Shown here one piece after another: positions 1 through 6,161 of a stretch of 25,663 nucleotides of DNA (positions within the stretch are counted from its first letter, which is position 1; each line of letters begins with the position of its first letter). Source of the DNA: a virus (Duplodnaviria > Heunggongvirae > Uroviricota > Caudoviricetes); the IMG/VR virus record IMGVR_UViG_3300032315_000486, one strand, 5' to 3'. Under the pieces are notes generated by a model. That model worked only from the letters and a program-made list of their open reading frames with translations, was not told the origin of the DNA and did not search any database. Both the position numbers and the translations under genes were made by a program.

Positions 1-26
1 ACTTTCGAGGTTTTTGCATCAGCCAT
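1..26 (-). CDS. 5' end of a small gene (MADAKTSK...), truncated by the window edge
   Basis: AAGGAG RBS 6 nt before ATG at 26; own promoter at 61-93. Confidence 0.55.
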
Positions 27-166
27 TGCTTTCTCCTTCGCTTCTTGGCTTCTTCAATACAATCTTTATAGGCGATTCTCAGCGGGTGTGCAAGAAGAAA
101 TTTGCGGCGGCTACTAGGAAAGAATCCTTTGAAATCAATGACTTAGCCGCCGGGGCGCCGCACCTC

Positions 167-337
167 CTAAGTGCTTGAAACTCTAGGGTTTTTTCTCTCT
201 GCGTCATACCATCCACGGAACCAACATTTGGCGTAGATGTGACCTTTAGTATAGGGGCAGGAGAACTCCCACCCCTTGAGATACATATCGCGGCCAGCAT
301 TGTAAGCCACTTGACGATTAGCGTGCAGATATACCAT
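167..337 (-). CDS. 56-aa ribosome modulation factor (RMF)-like protein, not in ORF track
   Basis: Manual translation MVYLHANRQVAYNAGRDMYLKGWEFSCPYTKGHIYAKCWFRGWYDAERKNPRVSST; GGGAG RBS; G-x-CPY-x-W-x2-GW-x2-A pattern of the RMF family. Confidence 0.7.
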   Translation of the reverse strand: MVYLHANRQVAYNAGRDMYLKGWEFSCPYTKGHIYAKCWFRGWYDAERKNPRVSST

Positions 338-339
338 TG

Positions 340-543
340 TTAGCTCCCGCTGTAAACGATCATGCTCAGGCTAGAACCGACGGTGGACCGTTCAAACGGA
401 CGCTGCGGCTTGTGAGGATATGGGCAGCTAGGCACGCCACACGGCCAGATTGCGGGTTCGTTGCTCGTCTCTGACCAGCAATTAATTCCGCAGGTTGGGC
501 ATTTACCGGAAGGATCCAGTTTACGGAAATCAAGTTTGCTCAT
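340..543 (-). CDS. 67-aa Cys-rich, putative zinc-binding hypothetical protein
   Basis: AAGGAG RBS; promoter at about 566-594; CPTC..C and C-x4-C clusters. Confidence 0.75.
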   Translation of the reverse strand: MSKLDFRKLDPSGKCPTCGINCWSETSNEPAIWPCGVPSCPYPHKPQRPFERSTVGSSLSMIVYSGS

Positions 544-749
544 AGGCGTCTCCTTTGTTAATATATTTATAAGCGATTCTCAGGCATCAAGCAAGCGCAA
601 AGTTTCTTTTGTTGCCAGCATGTTAGCAGACTCAGCGCCTAAATCGCTAACTGATTGATTCGATACAGTTTTTACACCTACTTTTCACAATTTTACCACC
701 GGCGCAGGCGTGAGCCTGCGCTATGGCAGGCTCAACTTTATACCTCGTT

Positions 750-932
750 TTACAACTCCAACTTGTCAAAGCCTTCCTGGACCGTAGCGATTTCATCGCC
801 AACCCCGTCGGGAAATACAACCCATAGAGTAGTCGAGATACTACCGTCAGTCAGGATTTCATTTTCGATTTCAATCTTGCCTACAACCGATTCGTAAATC
901 GTAGTCTTGAAGGTCAGGCCAGTCAGGTCCAT
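750..932 (-). CDS. 60-aa acidic hypothetical protein
   Basis: GGAG RBS before ATG at 932; promoter at about 957-985. Confidence 0.7.
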   Translation of the reverse strand: MDLTGLTFKTTIYESVVGKIEIENEILTDGSISTTLWVVFPDGVGDEIATVQEGFDKLEL

Positions 933-1065
933 TTGCATCTCCATTGCTGATTATTATTTATCGCATAACTCGCCGCGCTGTGCAACAGCTAAAATCGTGT
1001 GTAGTTTCAGTAGGTTAAGTTGCGGAGCGCCGCCCTTCCTAACTCATTGAGCAGCAAGGCTTTTT

Positions 1066-1257
1066 TCAGGGTTGCCAAGTAATACCTGTGATGACAAGGC
1101 AAACGCCGTTTTCATCAGGCGACAGATCGCCGTGATGATATGTGAAATAGTCGCACGCATCTTGAAGATGTTTTGCGTAAATCGTCTGCTCGTATTTGCC
1201 TTCGATAACGCCCGTGGCCGCGACAGCTTCCCAAGTGAACAGATAGTTGCCTTCCAT
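1066..1257 (-). CDS. 63-aa hypothetical protein
   Basis: AAGGAG RBS before ATG at 1257; TTGACA promoter with -35 at 1309-1314. Confidence 0.75.
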   Translation of the reverse strand: MEGNYLFTWEAVAATGVIEGKYEQTIYAKHLQDACDYFTYHHGDLSPDENGVCLVITGITWQP

Positions 1258-1392
1258 GACCGTATCTCCTTGCTTCGGTGAGATCTTTGTAGCGCGATTC
1301 GTCGGTGTTGTCAAGCATATAAAAAGCGTGTCTTTTCAATGCCTTGGATCGCGGGGCGCCGCCCCTCCTAACTCCTTGATTTTGTTGGGAAA

Positions 1393-1872
1393 TCAACAGC
1401 CCTCAAGCCGCTGATTTACCTTGACAGCGTTCAGGCAGGCAATGCCAATCTCGCGCATCTTGCGAATCACTGGGATAGCGTCGTCAAACATATAGACGGG
1501 CTTGCCACGGAACTGCTTTAGGTTGCGGAGCCGCTGAATCTTGCGCGCCTTGAGGGTGGCATCTTTGATGTGATTCTCGGAGCCATCTTCAGGACGGCAC
1601 AAAACAAGGTGAGCGTCAAGCCCGTGATGGGCGAGATAGTCGCGGTCGTCTTGATTCATGGCACGAGCCGTGCAGATGACAACGTAATTTTCGGAACGGT
1701 CCAGAGCCTTGAACGTATCGGCCAGAGGCAAGAGTGTATCGCGGAAAATGCTTTCGCGGTTTTTCATCGCGAAATAGCGGTCTAGGTCCAGAGTCCCGTC
1801 AGGACGATTCGGGGTGCGATGTTTGGAGTTGATGATCGTTTCATCAAGGTCAAAGATCACGACGCGTTTCAT
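1393..1872 (-). CDS. HAD-superfamily phosphatase (PNKP 3'-phosphatase/nucleotidase-like), 159 aa
   Basis: Motif I FDLDET, motif II CTAR, Lys in TLKARK, motif IV MFDD; GAAGGA RBS; own promoter. Confidence 0.85.
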   Translation of the reverse strand: MKRVVIFDLDETIINSKHRTPNRPDGTLDLDRYFAMKNRESIFRDTLLPLADTFKALDRSENYVVICTARAMNQDDRDYLAHHGLDAHLVLCRPEDGSENHIKDATLKARKIQRLRNLKQFRGKPVYMFDDAIPVIRKMREIGIACLNAVKVNQRLEGC

Positions 1873-1973
1873 GGTAGCTTCCTTCAGTTGATGATTATAC
1901 ATAGCGTGATTCGTTTGGCATTGCAACAGCTAAATTATCGTGTGTTTTCAGTGGCTTAGCCGCCGGGGCGCCG

Positions 1974-2120
1974 CTACCCGTAAGCCTCTGATTTCATTGA
2001 GGCTTTTAGGGCGATGCGGTTACGTTTCTTTAGCTGTTTGGGGGTTGGACCCATAGCACCTTGTTTTTTCTTAACAAGGTGCTGCACAAAAGGGTCGCGC
2101 GGTTTTGGTTGTTTTTTCAT
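1974..2120 (-). CDS. 48-aa basic hypothetical protein (MKKQPKPRDPF...)
   Basis: ATG overlaps the TGA of the upstream micro-ORF (TGATG); very Lys/Arg-rich. Confidence 0.65.
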   Translation of the reverse strand: MKKQPKPRDPFVQHLVKKKQGAMGPTPKQLKKRNRIALKASMKSEAYG

Positions 2121-2173
2121 CACACAACCCAGATAATAGCAGCGCAAATCAAGATACCGATTGCCCAAACCAT
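2120..2173 (-). CDS. 17-aa single-TM micropeptide MVWAIGILICAAIIWVV
   Basis: GAGGAG RBS 7 nt upstream; wholly hydrophobic; stop overlaps next start. Confidence 0.6.
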   Translation of the reverse strand: MVWAIGILICAAIIWVV

Positions 2174-2174
2174 A

Positions 2175-2354
2175 TTAATTCTCCTCGCTTTTATTCATCA
2201 GAATGTCAGCTTCAATCCAAGAGATTCCCTTAATTGAAGCAACCGCCTCAACAATGCCAACCATTTTACCCTCATAATAGGCATTATTCTTGCTGGTATT
2301 ATAAGCATTGCGCGCTTCTTGGTAACGCTGGCGGATGAACTCGATCTTTTCCAT
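2175..2354 (-). CDS. 59-aa hypothetical protein (MEKIEFIRQRYQEARNAYN...), not in ORF track
   Basis: AAGGAG RBS; promoter with -35 at 2402-2407; open frame to TAA at 2175-2177. Confidence 0.75.
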   Translation of the reverse strand: MEKIEFIRQRYQEARNAYNTSKNNAYYEGKMVGIVEAVASIKGISWIEADILMNKSEEN

Positions 2355-2555
2355 AGCTATCTCCTTAGCTGATAATTAACAATAGCCTGATTCGCAGCAT
2401 CGTGCAAGAGCTATTTTTCGTTGCGTTATCAGTTACTTAGCCCGACCGGCGGCGGCACGTCTAACCCCTTGAATTCACACAGAATTTCGACTGTTTACTT
2501 TCAACTTCGCACCGGCGCAGGCGAAGCCTGCACCACAGTGCAAGCCCGATCCGCC

Positions 2556-2834
2556 TCAATCAACCGCGGTCGCGCCGTATTCCAGCGCGTCCTCGTTGGA
2601 CCAACCCATCGCCCGCGCAGCGTGATATGCGCCCACCATGATTTCGTGACGGGACTCGGACGCGCGGGACTCGCGCACCGCATCCGCCTGCGCGCGCTTG
2701 CCTTCGCGCATGGCGGCGTAGATGGTCCGATCCGACTCGATAGCGCGCACGCCCGAATCAACCACGGTGGCCTTGCCACCACGTGCTGCAAACTGGGCCT
2801 TCATCGCGTCGAGGTCGAAGGAAACTTTAGCCAT
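2556..2834 (-). CDS. 92-aa Ala-rich hypothetical protein
   Basis: AGGAG RBS before ATG at 2834; TTGACG-N17-TATGTT promoter. Confidence 0.75.
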   Translation of the reverse strand: MAKVSFDLDAMKAQFAARGGKATVVDSGVRAIESDRTIYAAMREGKRAQADAVRESRASESRHEIMVGAYHAARAMGWSNEDALEYGATAVD

Positions 2835-2970
2835 AGTGATTCTCCTATCTGGGTTAAGATCAACATACGTCAAAGCCGTAGGCTCGTCAACAACTAAAAA
2901 AGCGTGTAGTTTCAATGGGTTAGCCCCGGGGGCGCCGCCCTTGCTAACCTATTGATTAGCAAGGGCTTTT

Positions 2971-3261
2971 TCATCCTATGAAAGTCTCAACCAACTCTTT
3001 TGCTTCCAGCAAACCCAGCCGAGGCGTGAAGGCGTTGCGAACATATTTGATCGCCTCAATCTTCTGGCCAGCCCGAAACGACAAGCGAGCCTTTTCCAAG
3101 GCCAAGCGATTCTCGCCGCTGGCGTATTTGGTGTAGGTGTTGTCGGGCAGGATCTCGCCCACAATGCGGGCAGCCTCGACCAGCGTCAGGGCGATGTGTT
3201 CGTCCCCGTTCCAGTCGGTGAGGATGTAGCCGTTGCGAGCCGTGCGGATAGTGTAGTCCAT
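2971..3261 (-). CDS. 96-aa protein with a ribosomal protein bL12 (L7/L12) C-terminal-like motif
   Basis: C-terminal QKIEAIKYVRNAFTPRLGLLEAKELVE; AAGGAG RBS; own promoter. Confidence 0.7.
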   Translation of the reverse strand: MDYTIRTARNGYILTDWNGDEHIALTLVEAARIVGEILPDNTYTKYASGENRLALEKARLSFRAGQKIEAIKYVRNAFTPRLGLLEAKELVETFIG

Positions 3262-3563
3262 AGCAATCTCCTTTGATGTCTTGTTAACTATAGCTGATTC
3301 GCAAGCGATGTGCAAGCCTGAAATAAGTGTTTGTTGTCAACAGTTTAGCCTCGGCGGCGGAGAGACCTGTAACCCGTTGTTTTCGCACAGTTTTTTCACC
3401 TAAAAAACACACAAAAATACCACAATTTTACCACCGGCGCAGGCTTCGCCTGCGCTATGATAGCACGGGCGGCGGTGATTCGTCAAGACCAAAAAATGAA
3501 CTGATCGAAAAATAACTTCGATTTGTAACTCGCCCGACCTAGGATATTTTATCGGGCCGCCAC

Positions 3564-3654
3564 GGGGCAATTCTTAAAATCACCGCAACCTTTTAAGAGT
3601 TGCGGCGATGGGGCAATTCTTAAAATCACCGCAACCTTTTAAGAGTTGCGGCGA
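3564..3654. repeat. Tandem duplication, period 46 bp, overlapping the HNH stop codon
   Basis: 3564-3608 identical to 3610-3654. Confidence 0.95.
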
Positions 3655-3970
3655 CTTTTCCCTCCTTAATCCCGACCGTGAAAGCGGTATTTACGATCTT
3701 TTGATTAACGGCCCAAACGCTTTCAATTACAGTTGCAGTGCGAATTGCAAAGGACCAATCATTGCCGCTTTTAGCAACGTTGCATCCTTTGCAAAGGCAT
3801 TGCAGATTCTCGATTTTAGCCTTGCCGCCATTCATTTCAGCAATTACGTGGTCACAGTCCAGATAGGGCGCATAGTTTGCAGAACCGCCAAACCCGCAAG
3901 CGCGGCAGATGTGATTGTCACGCGCCAGAACCTTTGCGCGAACCGTATCCGAGATCTTTGCCTTTGCCAT
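3626..3970 (-). CDS. HNH endonuclease, 114 aa
   Basis: CRAC...DCDHVI..NGG...NLQCLCKGCN zinc-HNH pattern; AAGGAG RBS. Confidence 0.85.
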   Translation of the reverse strand: MAKAKISDTVRAKVLARDNHICRACGFGGSANYAPYLDCDHVIAEMNGGKAKIENLQCLCKGCNVAKSGNDWSFAIRTATVIESVWAVNQKIVNTAFTVGIKEGKVAATLKRLR

Positions 3971-4135
3971 CTTCCGTCTCCCTTGCTGATGATTCTTTAT
4001 CGCACGCCGTCACGCGATTCGCAAGGACTATCTGCGCTTTTTTCAATCTTATTTTTTGCCTCACGCTATTGACACGGTTTGCGAATCGCTGTAAAATCGG
4101 CGCCAGGTGTGGCTAATCTGCCACACCCCTTGCCG

Positions 4136-4381
4136 TCATGCGGCGGCAAGGATCCCGACCTTGACAGCCCACGCGTCATCCAGAACCAGAACCGTCGGGA
4201 TGCCGACTCGGTCGCCGTCCTGCGCGGTGGCAATCACCACGCTAGCGCGGTCTTGCTCGTGACGGACAAGAATCTTGGCCTTGGGAACCCAGAGCGGCTT
4301 GACGCCAGCTTTCATGTCGCGACGCGCGACGAAGGCAACGGCGGCTTCAGTTTCGCGGACGATGTAACCGGTGGTCTGCAT
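4136..4381 (-). CDS. 81-aa hypothetical protein, paralog of 5764..6009
   Basis: Shared TGYIVRETEAA, GVKP.W.P and TAQDG.RVGIP; RBS and promoter present. Confidence 0.8.
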   Translation of the reverse strand: MQTTGYIVRETEAAVAFVARRDMKAGVKPLWVPKAKILVRHEQDRASVVIATAQDGDRVGIPTVLVLDDAWAVKVGILAAA

Positions 4382-4548
4382 GGTGGGTTCCTTCCCTGTT
4401 TCGATGATTCTTTATCGCATGAGTCGCAGCGATTCGCAAGACCTTTCTCAGATAACATTTTATGTGTCAGTGCCGATTTCCCTTGACAAGATTCCAGCCA
4501 GCCCGTATAATCGGCGCGTGATTCGGGCTTGCGCCCGAATCGGTCACC

Positions 4549-4731
4549 TCATATTCCAAGGACAGAGGCAACCAAGCCGACAGCCGACACGGCGATCATA
4601 GCAACCACAAGGAGAGTCAGAACGAGATCCTGCCGATTCCCGCTGTTAATCAAAGCATTGCGCTCTTTCTTGCGCAGGTAGGTTTCGCTGCGCTGGATCG
4701 AGGCACGTTGGACGGCGTCATAGGTCTGCAT
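4549..4731 (-). CDS. 60-aa protein with C-terminal TM segment
   Basis: AGGAG RBS; hydrophobic LVLTLLVVAMIAVSAVGLVASVLGI. Confidence 0.75.
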   Translation of the reverse strand: MQTYDAVQRASIQRSETYLRKKERNALINSGNRQDLVLTLLVVAMIAVSAVGLVASVLGI

Positions 4732-4867
4732 GGTGATCTCCTTTTCTGTTATCTAACCTTAGTGCGATTCGCTTGGCGTGTCTACGGCTAAAAAACTGTG
4801 TGTTATCAAGCAGTTAGCCTCGGCGGCGGCCCCCTTGCTAACTCATTGATTAGCAAGGGTTTTCCGG

Positions 4868-5053
4868 TCACTCAGTTGCCATGTCCATCTCACACGTCAG
4901 CGCGAAGTCATTGACGTTGAACGTCTTTTCCAGCAAGATCTGCTGTTCCTCGATTCGAACGGCGCAAGACTCGGCTGTCATACCAGTTTCAATGGCATAA
5001 AACATATCAGGTGAATTGAATCCAAACACTGTGAGGATGAGAGCGAAGGGCAT
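4868..5053 (-). CDS. 61-aa hypothetical protein
   Basis: AAGGA RBS; operon-like with 5065..5250. Confidence 0.65.
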   Translation of the reverse strand: MPFALILTVFGFNSPDMFYAIETGMTAESCAVRIEEQQILLEKTFNVNDFALTCEMDMATE

Positions 5054-5064
5054 TTCTTGATTCC

Positions 5065-5250
5065 TTATTTGAGGTCGGCATTAGCATATAATGCGTCGAC
5101 ATATTTAGCGATTGCGGCTTGGCGGATCGGATCTTTTGCATTATCTGCAAGGCGCTTTTGATTTCTGCAATGTGCCATGCAATACTTAAAATGAAAGATA
5201 AAGTAAACCAATCCATCTGCGCGGATTGCGTCTAAAATATGTTGCTTCAT
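5065..5250 (-). CDS. 61-aa hypothetical protein
   Basis: AAGGA RBS 8 nt before ATG. Confidence 0.65.
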   Translation of the reverse strand: MKQHILDAIRADGLVYFIFHFKYCMAHCRNQKRLADNAKDPIRQAAIAKYVDALYANADLK

Positions 5251-5265
5251 TTTAGGATTCCTTTT

Positions 5266-5308
5266 CGGTTTCAGACTGGTCGGTTTCAGACTGATCGGTT
5301 TCAGACTG
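5266..5308. repeat. Three 15-bp tandem units CGGTTTCAGACTG(GT/AT)
   Basis: Units start at 5266, 5281, 5296. Confidence 0.9.
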
Positions 5309-5319
5309 TGACCTGGCCG

Positions 5320-5484
5320 TTAGGCCAGATCCTCCCGTTCGTCGATTTCGGCTTTCACTTCCTCGACCGAGTCGGCGTTGACCTGCCAGTCGTGCGACTC
5401 GCCGTCGAAGCGGTCGTCATGGGTGGCGACGAAGCCGACGTAAGCGGCGGTGATGGTCCAACCTTTGTAAGCGATGCGGGTCAT
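5320..5484 (-). CDS. 54-aa acidic hypothetical protein (MTRIAYKGWTI...)
   Basis: AAGGAG RBS before ATG at 5484; promoter at 5519-5547. Confidence 0.75.
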   Translation of the reverse strand: MTRIAYKGWTITAAYVGFVATHDDRFDGESHDWQVNADSVEEVKAEIDEREDLA

Positions 5485-5663
5485 GAGAAGCTCCTTGTCT
5501 CTCTCGTTTCGATGATTCTTTATCGCACGCCCCGCCGTGATTCGCAAGACCTTTGTTCAAATATCTTTTCACGCTAGACCCCGATTTCGCTTGACAAGGT
5601 TAGCGAATCGCTATAAAATCGGCGCCTGATTCGGCGAATCGCCCAGTCGGCGCGTCCTACCTC

Positions 5664-5693
5664 ATTATAGCATGGCGAATCACCTGCTGTCAA
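5664..5693 (-). promoter_or_regulatory. Leftward TTGACA-N18-TATAAT promoter with GATTC in the spacer
   Basis: Direct consensus match; no adjacent ORF. Confidence 0.55.
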
Positions 5694-5763
5694 GGGGAAC
5701 AAAACGTGAACACGGACGGCAAAGAAAAGGCGGGCAAGCTGCCCGCCCCGCCTAGGCGCTGGC

Positions 5764-6009
5764 TTAGGCCAGCACGCCGATCCGATCAAGGAAAGCCGGA
5801 TCCACCTCGAGGGTCGCGGGAATGCCGACCCGCTCACCATCCTGCGCGGTTTGGATCCGGCGACCCGCGCAATCCGACTCGCGCACGCGACCCAGTTTCT
5901 TGCGCGGGAACCAAATCGGCTTGACGCCTGCGACGCCTGCATCGGCTTGACGCACGAAAGCAATGGCGGCTTCAGTTTCGCGAACAATGTATCCGGTCAG
6001 GTTCAGCAT
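5764..6009 (-). CDS. 81-aa hypothetical protein, paralog of 4136..4381
   Basis: Motifs shared with 4136..4381; GGAG RBS; leftward promoter with -35 at 6082-6087. Confidence 0.8.
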   Translation of the reverse strand: MLNLTGYIVRETEAAIAFVRQADAGVAGVKPIWFPRKKLGRVRESDCAGRRIQTAQDGERVGIPATLEVDPAFLDRIGVLA

Positions 6010-6161
6010 GGCAGTTCTCCGATTCGCGGGCTTGGCGTCTTGCCTTCCCTATGCCTATACAATGCACGAATCCGCCGCGCCTTGCAAGCGGAATCTTTCG
6101 CTTGCCATGCCGGATCGCATGGCGTATAAAGTAAGGGTAGGCAACAAAGGAAACCCGAATC

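Larger units (their letters stand above)
686..3455. repeat. Three CACCGGCGCAGGC-loop-GCCTGC hairpins, stems at 702-721, 2515-2533, 3437-3455
   Basis: Conserved stem and 5' flank; copies 1 and 3 share CACAATTTTACCACCGGCGCAGGC. Confidence 0.85.
61..4784 (-). promoter_or_regulatory. Leftward sigma70-type promoters, class 1; -35 at 88-93, 589-594, 980-985, 1309-1314, 1921-1926, 2402-2407, 2885-2890, 3310-3315, 4779-4784
   Basis: TTGCAM/TTGACR/TTGCTT/TAGACA, N17, -10; GAATC 8-9 nt after -35 in 7 of 9; AGGAG-led gene downstream. Confidence 0.8.
133..4851. repeat. Nine dispersed 48-bp inverted repeats at 133-180, 613-660, 1005-1052, 1334-1381, 1946-1993, 2427-2474, 2910-2957, 3335-3383, 4804-4851
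   Basis: 14-bp arm WWTCARNNNSTTAG + 20-bp (once 21) GC spacer + reverse arm; arms match or nearly match WATCARNNNNTTR. Confidence 0.9.
3990..5547 (-). promoter_or_regulatory. Three leftward class 2 promoters TTGCGAATC-N-TGCGATAAAGAATCATC; -35 at 4019-4024, 4434-4439, 5542-5547
   Basis: TTGCGA-N17-GATAAA with near-identical flanks in three copies. Confidence 0.8.
4069..5619 (+). promoter_or_regulatory. Three rightward consensus promoters at 4069-4097, 4483-4511, 5591-5619
   Basis: TTGACA-N17-TAAAAT/TATAAT, each followed by CGGCGC and containing GANTC. Confidence 0.8.

Noticed and set aside
79-300. Track ORF 79..300 and other overlapping ORFs in 461-6359 (e.g. 2421..2897, 4079..4486, 5574..5987)
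   Set aside because: No RBS; they cross promoters and repeats or shadow better-supported genes
133-4851. CRISPR array
   Set aside because: Repeats are degenerate and separated by whole genes of 250-1400 bp; no cas genes
133-4851. Integron attC sites
   Set aside because: GTTAG and CTAAC face inward, the reverse of RYYYAAC...GTTRRRY; no integrase in the window; each gene has its own promoter
133-4851. CtrA boxes (TTAA-N7-TTAA)
   Set aside because: Arms do not fit that spacing and fit WATCARNNNNTTR much better
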